The notes below the pieces were generated by a model. It had not been told where the DNA came from. It worked only from the letters and a program-made list of their open reading frames with translations, and made no database searches. Positions 8,431 to 18,446 of a stretch of 64,000 nt of DNA are shown here, piece after piece (position 1 is the first letter of the stretch; each line of letters begins with the position of its first letter). Origin of the DNA: Escherichia coli (lineage in GTDB: Bacteria > Pseudomonadota > Gammaproteobacteria > Enterobacterales > Enterobacteriaceae); NCBI RefSeq assembly GCF_044324875.1, contig NZ_CP172187.1; one strand, 5' to 3'. Both the position numbers and the translations under genes were made by a program.

Positions 8431-9792
8431 ATGACATTAGCAGCAATCACCATGACCGCCCCGGAAGCCGCCAACCCTGTGCAGATGTACCGCGCGACCT
8501 ACTCACCGGATGACAACAAACTGCGCCTGTATGCCGCGTCACGTCTTGACCCGGAGACGTATAAAAAAGTGCATGATGCCGGTTTTCGCTGGGCACCCAA
8601 ACAGGCGCTGTTTGTCGCGCCAGCCTGGACACCGGGCCGGGAAGACGTGCTCCTCTCACTTGCCGGAGAGATTGAGGATGAAGACAGCACGCTCGCTGAA
8701 CGTCAGGAAGCACGGGCGGAGCGGTTTACCGGATACAGCGGAAAGCGGGCCAGTGAATCCGCACAGGCACTTGATGAAGTGGAAAGACTGGCCGCGATGA
8801 TCCCGCCCGGTCAGCCCATTCTTGTGGGGCATCACAGCGAACGCCGCGCCCGTCGTGATGCGCAGCGTATTGAAAACGGCATGAAACGTGCCGTGATGCT
8901 CTTTGAGCGTGCGGAATACTGGGAGGAGCGGGCGCGGTCGGCACTGCTTCACGCGAAGTATAAAGAACGCCCGGACGTTCGCTGGCGTCGTATCAAAAAA
9001 ATCGAAGCGGATTTGCGCAAGGCTGAAAAGACCATCGCGCAGTCGCAGAAATATCTGACGATGTGGCGGGCTGAATCGCTGGATCTGAATATGGCAAAAC
9101 TCATCAGCAGTCATGACCATATCAGCGCCTGTTTCCCGCTGGACAGGTATCCGCGCCCGGCAGAAAAAAGCCAGTATGAAGGAAGTCGATCGTTATGGTC
9201 GGCCCTGGATGATGACATCATCACCACGGAGCAGGCCCGCGAAATTGCGATCCGCTGTCATGAACGGCAGATTCAGCATCAACAACGCTGGGTTAACCAC
9301 TATCATAACCGCCTGATCTATGAGCGTGCCATGCTGGACGAAAGCGGCGGCGTGGTTACCCGGACACAGGATTTTGAGCCGGGCGGACAGGTTTTCAGCC
9401 GGGGCGAGTGGCTGACCATCATCCGCGTGAACAAAAGCAACGGGGCGGTGAGTTCAGTCACAACGCCGAATTACAGTTTTCTCGGGTACAGCGGCACGAT
9501 GAAAGTGACACCCGATCGCATCACGGACTACAAAGCACCATCGGCAGAAGAGGCTGCCGTCGCCAGTCAGGCCGCGAAGCGTCCGCCGGTAGTCAACTAT
9601 CCGGGGGAAGGTTTCCGGGAAATGACAAAGGCGCAGTGGGCCGCCCTGCCCCGGGACTGTAAGGCCGTGCGCAGTGTGGCAGAGACAGAAGACCACGGGG
9701 CATACCGCTACCGCCGCACAATGGACAATAATTTCCGCCTGGTGAATGTGTATATCACTGACATGAAAATCACGGAAATCCCACAGAAATAA
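8431..9792 (+). CDS. Conserved hypothetical leading-region protein (~453 aa)
   Basis: ORF-track frame 8413..9792; ATG at 8431 follows AAGGAGAA. Charged and coiled-coil-like; no catalytic motif recognised. Confidence 0.55.
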   Translation: MTLAAITMTAPEAANPVQMYRATYSPDDNKLRLYAASRLDPETYKKVHDAGFRWAPKQALFVAPAWTPGREDVLLSLAGEIEDEDSTLAERQEARAERFTGYSGKRASESAQALDEVERLAAMIPPGQPILVGHHSERRARRDAQRIENGMKRAVMLFERAEYWEERARSALLHAKYKERPDVRWRRIKKIEADLRKAEKTIAQSQKYLTMWRAESLDLNMAKLISSHDHISACFPLDRYPRPAEKSQYEGSRSLWSALDDDIITTEQAREIAIRCHERQIQHQQRWVNHYHNRLIYERAMLDESGGVVTRTQDFEPGGQVFSRGEWLTIIRVNKSNGAVSSVTTPNYSFLGYSGTMKVTPDRITDYKAPSAEEAAVASQAAKRPPVVNYPGEGFREMTKAQWAALPRDCKAVRSVAETEDHGAYRYRRTMDNNFRLVNVYITDMKITEIPQK

Positions 9793-9838
9793 GGTATATC
9801 CCCCCGGGAAATCCCCGGGGGATGACGGAGATAATGAC

Positions 9839-10402
9839 ATGCACAGTCAGTTAAGAGAACGTATCCGGCTGATGCGCGCAAGGCTGGATAACGCCGCGCC
9901 GGTTGCTGAAATCCGGGCTGAATCTCAGCTTTTTGTGACTCCTGCCCCGGTCTGTGATCGCCTGGTGACGCTGGCGGAAATCAGCAACCGTGATCACATT
10001 CTGGAACCCTCTGCCGGCACCGGGGCCATACTGCTGGCGATTCGGGATACCGCGCCGGAGGCCATGTGTGATGCGGTGGAGATTAACAGCGGGCTGGTCC
10101 GGTATCTGCGGGAAAATTTTAACGGTGTCAGGGTACAGTGTGGCGACTTCATGGAATGGCAGCCGGTGCAGTATTACAGCCGGATCATTATGAATCCGCC
10201 GTTCAGTCACGGGCAGGATATCCGGCATATCCTGCGGGCTTTTTCCCTGTTGCGTCCGGGGGGCGTTCTGGTTGCCGTCTGTCTCAACGGGCCGCGCCAG
10301 CAGGAGAAGCTGTTACCGTTTTCTGACGTCCGCGAGGAGCTGCCGCGCGGCACGTTTGCTTATACCGATGTCCCGACGATGATTATTCGTTTGCGTGCCT
10401 GA
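9839..10402 (+). CDS. Small SAM-dependent methyltransferase (187 aa); probable second orphan N6-adenine DNA methyltransferase
   Basis: SAM-binding-like LEPSAGTGAILLA followed by IMNPPF (NPPF-type motif IV); too short for a separate target-recognition domain, so substrate is uncertain. Confidence 0.65.
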   Translation: MHSQLRERIRLMRARLDNAAPVAEIRAESQLFVTPAPVCDRLVTLAEISNRDHILEPSAGTGAILLAIRDTAPEAMCDAVEINSGLVRYLRENFNGVRVQCGDFMEWQPVQYYSRIIMNPPFSHGQDIRHILRAFSLLRPGGVLVAVCLNGPRQQEKLLPFSDVREELPRGTFAYTDVPTMIIRLRA

Positions 10403-10581
10403 TGACACAGGGCTGGCGGGAGGATAAATGCCCGTCTGTCCGCGCCGGGAAAAGACCGCGCGCCGGTGGCGCTGAAAGGGGCCGCGCTCACGCGCCGCCC
10501 CTTTCATTACGCGGACGTTCTGATGGGGGCTTCTGTCTTTTCAGACCTGTCATTTGTCTGTTACTGATGATGTTGTTGTTC

Positions 10582-10647
10582 CTGCTACTGCTACTGCTAC
10601 TGCTACTGCTACTGCTACTGCTACTGCTACTGCTACTGCTACTGCTC
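10582..10647. repeat. Hexanucleotide tandem repeat (CTGCTA)x11
   Basis: Eleven perfect units counted directly at the 5' edge of repeat B copy 2; the equivalent position in copies 1 and 3 is not expanded. Confidence 0.9.
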
Positions 10648-10650
10648 TTC

Positions 10651-11280
10651 TTTTTCCTGCTGCTCTGATTCTGACTACTGCAGTGTTGTTCTGTCTGCCG
10701 GGCGCACCTTCGGCTCCCGGCTGCCTGGCGGCATCCGGTCGTCAGGCCCGACTCCGACAGGCAGCTGCTGGCGCACCTGCCAGTCTCCGCCGAACCCGCT
10801 GGCGCGGTTTCGGGCTGCCGCTACGGTCCGATGCGTGAAAACCCGGCTTGCAGCGACCGTTCCGGTCGCGCCGCCCCTGTCGCGCCGTGACCTGCGCTCC
10901 AGGCATCCCGGCAAAAAGACGCCGGGATGTAAGGCGCAACGCCGTTTCGCAAACCGCGCTTCACGTCGTTGCGGCGGGTCCCTGCCCGTTGTTGTGTCCG
11001 GTGCCATTCACCTGTTTAAGCCCCTGTCGCCGGGGGCTGATACAGCCACAACCTGCCGCACTGACTGTCCAGGGTAAATGAACAGCCCACAAAATTTTTT
11101 ACCCAAAACCCGGTAAAAAATTTTGCGTTCTGCCCAGGACAGGTGCGTCAGGCCGTGGCAGTGATGCCCCATGCGGCGAAGGTTCTCAAACAGGTGATGG
11201 TGAATACCGGAGGGAACAAAGAGCAGGTCCCCGCAAAACGTCAAAACCGCGGCTCCCGAAACTCAACAGATGATGGGGGC
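10651..11280. repeat. Leading-region repeat family B, copy 2, directly upstream of ssb
   Basis: Direct sequence identity with copies 1 and 3; the 3' end ...CGAAACTCAACAGATGATGGGGGCTGAAAAC is shared exactly with copy 3. Confidence 0.8.
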
Positions 11281-11308
11281 TGAAAACATCAACAGAAGGA
11301 GACACATC

Positions 11309-11347
11309 ATGGCAGTTCGTGGCATTAACAAGGTCATTCTTGTCGGT
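11309..11347 (+). CDS. ssb: Plasmid single-stranded DNA-binding protein, exon 1 (codons 1-13, MAVRGINKVILVG)
   Basis: ATG with RBS AAGGAG; the 13 codons are the canonical SSB N-terminus; the reading frame is interrupted by GTGCG at 11348. Confidence 0.8.
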
Positions 11348-11960
11348 GTGCGCCGTTGAAGCGCGGTGTTTTATGGAGTGTTGCCTGAAAAGCAACATGG
11401 CTTAGTGGTATAGCCATTGCATACTGTGGTTAGCCTTGCTTGGTAACAGGCTCGGAGATCCTGAAAAGGAGAGGTGAACATAGCATCCACAGAAAAGGGT
11501 GGTGAATATGGAAATCGTTATAAGTATCACCATTCAATGCAAGATGTATATGGATAAACTGGGTTTGTTGAAGTCGAGATCTATGTGGGAAACAGGAAAC
11601 CAATAACGCAGAACGATTGAAGCGTTATTCCCGTACTAGCACAAGAAATCCGTCCGACGTTGATTGTGACCACTCTAACGGGCCAGCTATTGATGAAATA
11701 GTTAAACGATCGAAAGACATCCTAAGTACATCGCATCTCCACACCGTGAAACTACGGGACTACCTAAACTGGATTTATACCCAGCATGGTAGCGGAGTCT
11801 CCATAGTACTCAAGGTCGGCCTGTAATGGGTTCCGGCAGTCCGCATTATACGGAAGCAGCAAAGGTATAAATCAACCGGAAGGAAGATGAAAGCCTCACA
11901 GTGCTGCGGGGAAGGGAGACAGTTGTTAGATACATCAATCTCTAAGAGGAGGGTTAGCCA

Positions 11961-13862
11961 ATGCTGCCTGATGAACTTGAGAAAAGATTAGATGGAATTG
12001 AGGATGCTTCAAAAAAAGGGTATCCAGTACGTAATCTATACAAAATTGCGTGTGAGCCCGGACTGTGGCTGCAAGCCTACGTGAATATACGGGCCAATGC
12101 AGGTGCACTGACTCAAGGTGTATCAACAGATACCATTGATGGCTTTTCTATCGAAAGAGCAGAGAAGCTGGCAAAAACATTGCGGAGTAGAGAATACGTA
12201 GCGAAACCTGTACGCAGAGTTCAGATCCCAAAAAAGGACGGAAAAACCAGACCGCTGGGGATTCCAGGTGGAGACGATAAACTGGCGCAAGAAGTAGCAA
12301 GAATTATTCTGGAAAGGGTTTATGAACCAGTATTCTCTGAACACTCTCATGGATTCAGACCAAAACGTTCGTGTGAAACTGCGCTCAGATCTATTCGTCC
12401 AGTCTGGAACGGAGTTAAATGGATCGTGGATGTTGATATCAAAGGTTTCTTTGACAATATCCCCCACAAACTATTGCTGAATACACTGGCAGAGAAAATT
12501 AAGGATAAGAATTTCCTGAAATTAATCGAACAGTGGCTGAAGGCAGGATATGTGGACAATTGGAAATACCATCGCTCATATTCTGGCACGCCACAAGGTG
12601 GGATAATTTCTCCCTTACTGGCAAATATATACCTCGACAAACTGGACCGTTTTGTAGAACAGAATTTAATTCCTGCATATACAAGCGGTACAAAACGAAG
12701 AGCGAATCCAGATATGAACAGGCTGGCCCATAAGATTCATAAACTACGAAAGAAAGTAGACGGTATGGCAACTGATTCTGAATCAGAAAAAGAAGCCATA
12801 AAGAAAGAAATTGAACGACTGCTTGAAGAAAAACGTTCTATACCATCTCAGGTCATGAACGATCCAAACTTCAGGCGTATGTACTATGTTCGATATGCTG
12901 ATGACTTCGTAATCGGTGTCATCGGCTCGAAGAAAGATGCTGAACATATATCAAGACAGGTCAGAAACTTTATTACTACTTCACTGGGATTGGAAGTTAA
13001 TGAAGCAAAGACCAGGATCCGCCATATCTCAGAAGGAGTTAATTTTTTAGGCTATGAAATCAGACAGGCAGATGCAAAGAAATTGCTGAAGCAGAAAATG
13101 CAAGGGCGGCACGCTCTCCGGAGATCCACCACAGGAATTGTGCAGCTCTTCGTTCCTGACAATATAGCCGCTAAATTTTGTCACCAAAAGAAATATGGCT
13201 GTTATGAGAATGTGAAGGCTGTACATCGTTCAAGTCTACAAAATCTCAGTGAAGCTGAAATTGTTCTGACTTTCAACGCGGAAATGCGCGGATTGGCGAA
13301 CTACTACAGTCTGGCGCTGGACATGAAATATAAATTATCAAAATTATATTTCATATGGCAAATAAGCCTTTTTAAGACCCTGGCGAATAAACGACGTAGT
13401 TCAGTGAATAAAGTCGCCAAATCGCTACGGCAAAATAATGGAGATCTGGCTATTACCGTTCAGGCCAAAAATGGATCCCGAAAGATTGAGGTTTTCAAAC
13501 TCAAACATGTCAATCGCAACCGAACAACGATTGTCGATACGGAACCGAGAACCGCACATATCACAACCCGCACAACAGAGATCATGCGTCGATTAGGGGC
13601 AAGGATCTGCGAGTATTGTGCGAAGACTGGGCGCTGCGAAGTACATCATGTCAGAAAGCTAAAAGACCTGAAGAAAGGTCGTAAGGCCGGATATAAACCC
13701 AGCTTGTGGCAACTAATGATGATCGCACGCCGCCGGAAAACGATGATTTTGTGCGCAAGTTGCCACGACAAGTTACATAGCGGAAAACTACCCGATTTGA
13801 GACAGGAAAAGGGAAGAATACTCCTGCAACCACCTGTCTCAAGCGGGGATTCTGCTAAATGA
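11961..13862 (+). CDS. Group II intron-encoded protein: reverse transcriptase, maturase (X) and HNH endonuclease domains
   Basis: 633 aa with RT motifs (LGIPGGDDKLAQE, SHGFRPKRSCETAL, FFDNIPH, GTPQGGIISPLLANIYL, YVRYADDFVIGV) and a C-terminal Cys/His HNH-like cluster (CEYCAKTGRCEVHHV...CASCHDKLH). Confidence 0.9.
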   Translation: MLPDELEKRLDGIEDASKKGYPVRNLYKIACEPGLWLQAYVNIRANAGALTQGVSTDTIDGFSIERAEKLAKTLRSREYVAKPVRRVQIPKKDGKTRPLGIPGGDDKLAQEVARIILERVYEPVFSEHSHGFRPKRSCETALRSIRPVWNGVKWIVDVDIKGFFDNIPHKLLLNTLAEKIKDKNFLKLIEQWLKAGYVDNWKYHRSYSGTPQGGIISPLLANIYLDKLDRFVEQNLIPAYTSGTKRRANPDMNRLAHKIHKLRKKVDGMATDSESEKEAIKKEIERLLEEKRSIPSQVMNDPNFRRMYYVRYADDFVIGVIGSKKDAEHISRQVRNFITTSLGLEVNEAKTRIRHISEGVNFLGYEIRQADAKKLLKQKMQGRHALRRSTTGIVQLFVPDNIAAKFCHQKKYGCYENVKAVHRSSLQNLSEAEIVLTFNAEMRGLANYYSLALDMKYKLSKLYFIWQISLFKTLANKRRSSVNKVAKSLRQNNGDLAITVQAKNGSRKIEVFKLKHVNRNRTTIVDTEPRTAHITTRTTEIMRRLGARICEYCAKTGRCEVHHVRKLKDLKKGRKAGYKPSLWQLMMIARRRKTMILCASCHDKLHSGKLPDLRQEKGRILLQPPVSSGDSAK

Positions 13863-13888
13863 GTTTATCCCCAATAAGCTAGCAATGG

Positions 13889-13926
13889 AGAGCCGTATGC
13901 ACTGAAAGGTGCACGTACGGTTCGGA
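13889..13926 (+). ncRNA. Group II intron domain V (catalytic hairpin)
   Basis: Matches the conserved domain V consensus as I recall it (GAGCCGUAUGC...GCACGUACGGUUC), about 80 nt from the 3' splice site. Confidence 0.7.
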
Positions 13927-14008
13927 GGGGGGGTAACGGTGATCTAACTCAAGATAAGCAGGACATATTCGCCATTTATCTTGAAAGACCACACGTACCC
14001 TACCCTAC

Positions 14009-14497
14009 CGTCTGGGAAAAGATCCGGAAGTCCGTTACATCCCAAACGGGGGCGCAGTGGCAAACCTGCAGGTGGCCACGTCAGAAAGCTGGCGCGACAA
14101 ACAGACGGGGGAGATACGGGAGCAGACAGAATGGCATCGCGTGGTGCTGTTCGGCAAGCTCGCGGAAGTGGCTGGTGAGTATCTGCGCAAGGGCGCGCAG
14201 GTCTACATCGAAGGTCAGCTTCGCACCCGTAGCTGGGAGGATAACGGTATCACCCGTTACGTCACCGAAATTCTTGTTAAGACCACGGGCACCATGCAGA
14301 TGCTGGGACGTGCCGCAGGTACTCAGACTCAGCCGGAAGAGGCGCAACAGTTCAGCGGTCAGCCTCAGCCGGAATCACAGCCGGAACCGAAAAAAGGAGG
14401 CGCGAAAACGAAAGGCCGTGGACGTAAGGCCGCGCAGCCGGAGCCTCAGCAGCCGTCTGAACCCGCGTATGACTTCGATGACGACATTCCGTTCTAA
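14009..14497 (+). CDS. ssb: Plasmid single-stranded DNA-binding protein, exon 2
   Basis: In frame with ORF 14057..14497 ([19 protein letters not shown]...DDDIPF, acidic SSB tail); upstream in-frame codons [17 protein letters not shown] continue the SSB OB-fold. Confidence 0.8.
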   Translation, partial: RLGKDPEVRYIPNGGAVANLQVATSESWRDKQTGEIREQTEWHRVVLFGKLAEVAGEYLRKGAQVYIEGQLRTRSWEDNGITRYVTEILVKTTGTMQMLGRAAGTQTQPEEAQQFSGQPQPESQPEPKKGGAKTKGRGRKAAQPEPQQPSEPAYDFDDDIPF

Positions 14498-14510
14498 CGA
14501 AAGACAGTGA

Positions 14511-14786
<276 letters not shown>

Positions 14787-14849
14787 GAGAGGTGCCGGAC
14801 GGGAACGCGTCCGGCAGACATACAACCATCCCGGTCAAAGGAGAAATAT

Positions 14850-16807
14850 ATGTCAGTTACAGAGTCTAAGACAAAAACGGAGCGTAAATCCAGCCGTAAA
14901 CCTGCAAAAACGCAGGAAACTGCACTGTCTGCCCTGCTGGCGCAGACGGAGGAAGTGAGCGTGCCGCTGGATTCACTGATTAAATCACCGCTGAATGTGC
15001 GCACGGTGCCGTATTCTGCGGAGTCCGTCAGTGAACTGGCTGATTCCATTAAGGGAGTCGGCCTGCTGCAGAATCTGGTTGTTCATGCCCTGCCAGGTGA
15101 CCGTTACGGTGTCGCCGCAGGTGGTCGCCGACTGGCAGCACTCAACATGCTGGCAGAGCGTGACATCATTCAGGCTGACTGGCCTGTCCGCGTGAAAATT
15201 ATTCCGCAGGAGCTGGCGACGGCTGCATCGATGACCGAGAACGGTCATCGTCGGGATATGCACCCTGCCGAACAGATTGCCGGATTCCGCGCAATGGCGC
15301 AGGAAGGCAAAACACCTGCGCAAATCGGTGATTTGCTGGGCTATTCACCCCGCCATGTCCAGCGAATGCTGAAACTGGCTGACCTTGCGCCTGTCATCCT
15401 CGATGCGCTGGCAGAAGACCGCATCACCACCGAACACTGTCAGGCGCTGGCGCTGGAGAACGACACCGCGCGTCAGGTGCAGGTGTTTGAAGCCGCTGCC
15501 AGTCAGGATGGGGTGGAAAACCGGATGTGCGGGTTATCCGCAACCTGATTACGGAAAGTGAAGTGGCGGTGAAGGACAACACTAAATTTCGCTTTGTGGG
15601 GGCTGATGCTTTCTCGCCTGACGAACTGCGCACCGATTTGTTCAGCGATGACGGGGACGGTTATGTCGACCGCGTGGCGCTCGATGCCGCCCTGCTGGAA
15701 AAACTCCAGGTTGTTGCAGAGTCCCTTCGGGAAGCAGAAGGCTGGGAATGGTGCGCCGGGCGCATGGAGCCAGTCGGTGAGTGCCGTGAGGATGCCGGAA
15801 CATACCGCTGTCTGCCGGAGCCGGAAGCGGTGCTGACGGAGGCGGAAGAAGAACGCCTGAACGAACTGATGACGCGTTACGACGCGCTGGAAAACCAGTG
15901 TGAGGAATCCGACCTGCTGGAAGCAGAAATGAAGCTGATGCGCTGCATGGCGAAGGTCAGAGCGTGGACGCCGGAGATACGTGCCGGAAGCGGTGTGGTG
16001 GTGTCCTGGCGTTATGGCAACGTATGTGTCCAGCGTGGTGTGCAGTTGCGCAGTGAAGATGACGCGACTGACGACGCTGACCGCACGGAACAGGTGCAGG
16101 AGAAAGCGTCAGTGGAGGAAATCAGTCTGCCACTGCTGACGAAAATGTCTTCCGAACGCACGCTGGCAGTCCAGGCGGCACTGATGCAGCAACCGGACAA
16201 ATCCCTGACACTGCTGGCATGGACGCTCTGCCTGAATGTGTTTGGCAGCGGAGCGTACAGTAAACCAGCACAAATCAGCCTGGAATGTAAACATTATTCG
16301 CTGACCAGCGATGCGCCGTCAGGGAAGGAAGGTGCCGCATTCATGGCGCTGATGGCAGAAAAAGCCCGTCTTGCGGCCCTGTTACCGGAGGGATGGTCAC
16401 GGGACATGACGACATTCCTTTCACTCAGTCAGGAGGTGCTGTTATCCCTGCTCAGTTTCTGCACCGCGTGCAGCATCCACGGCGTTCAGACCCGCGAGTG
16501 TGGTCACACGTCACGCAGCCCGCTGGACACGCTGGAGAGCGCCATCGGTTTTCACATGCGCGACTGGTGGCAGCCGACAAAAGCAAACTTCTTCGGACAC
16601 CTGAAAAAGCCGCAGATTATCGCAGCCCTGAATGAGGCAGGACTGTCCGGTGCCGCACGGGACGCGGAGAAGATGAAGAAAGGCGATGCGGCTGAACATG
16701 CAGAGTTCCATATGAAAGACAACCGCTGGGTGCCTGGCTGGATGTGTGCACCACGTCCACAGACGGATACCACTGAACGCACTGATAACCTGGCTGATGC
16801 CGCCTGA
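14850..16807 (+). CDS. ParB-like nuclease-domain protein, apparently split by a frameshift into 14850..15548 and 15527..16807
   Basis: N-terminal part has ParB/Srx-like motifs (LQNLVVHALPGDRYGVAAGGRRLAALN, HTH-like region); the second ORF continues in another frame with a 22-nt overlap. Combined length (~650 aa) is that of intact homologues as I recall them. Confidence 0.6.
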
Positions 16808-16858
16808 TGAACAACCACACCGCCCCGCCGGAGACGGGGCGGCAGCAAGGGAGATACC

Positions 16859-17296
16859 GTGATGAAAACTGAACTGACCCTGAATGTCCTGCAGACCATG
16901 AACGCACAGGAATATGAAGATATCCGTGCTGCGGGAAGCGATATGCGCCGTAATCTCACTCACGAGGTGATGCGTAAAGTGGACGCACCGGCTAACTGGA
17001 TGATGAATGGCGAGTATGGCAGTGAGTTCGGGGGCTTTTTCCCCGTCCAGGTTCGTTTCACGCCAGCCCACGAACGTTTTCACCTGGCGTTATGTTCACC
17101 GGGCGATGTCTCTCAGGTCTGGGTGCTGGTTCTGGTGAATGCCGGTGGTGAGCCGTTTGCGGTGGTTCAGGTGCAGCGGCGGTTTGCACCGGAAGCTGTC
17201 AGCCATTCACTGGCACTGGCGGCGTCACTGGATGCGCAGGGGTACAGCGTTAACGACATCATTCATATCCTGATGGCGGAAGGAGGTCAGGCATGA
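16859..17296 (+). CDS. psiB: PsiB, plasmid SOS-inhibition protein
   Basis: 145 aa matching F-plasmid PsiB nearly end to end from memory ([25 protein letters not shown]...). Confidence 0.9.
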   Translation: MMKTELTLNVLQTMNAQEYEDIRAAGSDMRRNLTHEVMRKVDAPANWMMNGEYGSEFGGFFPVQVRFTPAHERFHLALCSPGDVSQVWVLVLVNAGGEPFAVVQVQRRFAPEAVSHSLALAASLDAQGYSVNDIIHILMAEGGQA

Positions 17297-18012
17297 GCGC
17301 ACGTTCACAGGCACTGGTTCCTCTCAGCACAGAGCAACAGGCCGCATGGCGGGCGGTGGCGGAGACCGAAAAACGCCGCCATCAGGGTAACACGCTGGCT
17401 GAATATCCGTATGCGGGTGCGTTTTTCCGCTGTCTGAACGGAAGCCGCAGGATATCGCTGTCTGACCTGCGATTTTTCATGCCGTCCCTGACCGCAGAAG
17501 AACTGCACGGCAACCGTCTTCAGTGGCTGTATGCCATCGATGTGCTGATTGAAACACAGGGCGAGGTCTGCCTCCTTCCCCTTCCCGGTGATGCAGCAGA
17601 GCGCTTGTTCCCGTCGGTGCGGTTTCGTGTCAGGGAACGCAGTCGCCATAAATCCGCGCTGGTCATGCAGAAGTACAGCCGCCAGCAGGCGAGGGAGGCA
17701 GAGCAGAAAGCCCGTGCGTACCAGGCGCTGGTCGCTCAGGCTGAAATCGAACTGGCATTCCATTCGCCGGAAACAGTCGGAAGCTGGCATGCACGCTGGA
17801 GTGACCGGGTGGCAGAGCATGACCTGGAAACCCTGTTCTGGCAGTGGGGCGAGCGTTTTCCGTCACTGGCCGGAATGGAACGCTGGCAGTGGCAGGATAT
17901 GCCGTTCTGGCAGGTTATTGCGGAAGCCAGTCTTGCAGCAAGAGAGGCCGGTCACGCTGTCCGTGAGATGGAGCGGTGGATGGTGCCGAACAAACTCCGG
18001 GAGGCAGCGTGA
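17293..18012 (+). CDS. psiA: PsiA
   Basis: 239-aa ORF overlapping psiB by 4 nt in the canonical psiB-psiA arrangement; sequence consistent with F PsiA. Confidence 0.85.
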   Translation: MSARSQALVPLSTEQQAAWRAVAETEKRRHQGNTLAEYPYAGAFFRCLNGSRRISLSDLRFFMPSLTAEELHGNRLQWLYAIDVLIETQGEVCLLPLPGDAAERLFPSVRFRVRERSRHKSALVMQKYSRQQAREAEQKARAYQALVAQAEIELAFHSPETVGSWHARWSDRVAEHDLETLFWQWGERFPSLAGMERWQWQDMPFWQVIAEASLAAREAGHAVREMERWMVPNKLREAA

Positions 18013-18199
18013 TGCGGCAACAATCACACGGATTTCCCGTGAACGGTCTGAATGAGCGGATTATTTTCAGGGAAAGTGAGTGTGGTCAGCGTGCAGGTAT
18101 ATGGGCTATGATGTGCCCGGCGCTTGAGGCTTTCTGCCTCATGACGTGAAGGTGGTTTGTTGCCGTGTTGTGTGGCAGAAAGAAGATAGCCCCGTAGTA

Positions 18200-18270
18200 A
18201 GTTAATTTTCATTAACCACCACGAGGCATCCCTATGTCTAGTCCACATCAGGATAGCCTCTTACCGCGCT
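18200..18270 (-). ncRNA. sok: Sok-type antisense RNA of the hok/mok/sok locus; approximate position
   Basis: Placed by analogy with type I hok/sok systems, where the antisense overlaps the mok start region; exact ends not determinable by eye. Confidence 0.35.
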
Positions 18271-18446
18271 TTGCGCAAGGAGAAGAAGGCCATGAAACTA
18301 CCACGAAGTTCCCTTGTCTGGTGTGTGTTGATCGTGTGTCTCACACTGTTGATATTCACTTATCTGACACGAAAATCGCTGTGCGAGATTCGTTACAGAG
18401 ACGGACACAGGGAGGTGGCGGCTTTCATGGCTTACGAATCCGGTAA
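18234..18446 (+). CDS. mok: Mok/FlmC-like overlapping reading frame that couples hok translation
   Basis: 70-aa ORF overlapping hok in a different frame. Confidence 0.55.
   Translation: MSSPHQDSLLPRFAQGEEGHETTTKFPCLVCVDRVSHTVDIHLSDTKIAVRDSLQRRTQGGGGFHGLRIR

Larger units (their letters stand above)
11348..14008 (+). mobile_element. Group II intron (2661 nt) inserted in ssb in sense orientation, encoding an RT-maturase-HNH protein
   Basis: 5' end GTGCG at 11348; intron ORF 11961..13862; domain V-like GAGCCGTATGCACTGAAAGGTGCACGTACGGTTC at about 13889-13926; 3' end ...CTAC immediately before exon 2, which restores the SSB frame (..VILVG|[10 protein letters not shown]..). Confidence 0.85.

Noticed and set aside
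10582-10647. Possible CRISPR array
   Set aside because: These are 6-bp perfect tandem repeats with no spacers; no CRISPR-like repeat-spacer architecture anywhere in the window.
10554-10838. 94-aa ORF containing a poly(Ala-Thr) tract
   Set aside because: The tract is just the (CTGCTA)n repeat read in frame inside a non-coding repeat element.
11617-12467. Small ORFs inside the group II intron outside the RT gene (11617..11826 +, 12123..12467 -)
   Set aside because: They lie within intron domain I or antisense to the RT ORF.
16511-17083. Minus-strand ORFs (190 aa and others) over the ParB-like gene and psiB
   Set aside because: Antisense to genes with strong sequence-level identification.
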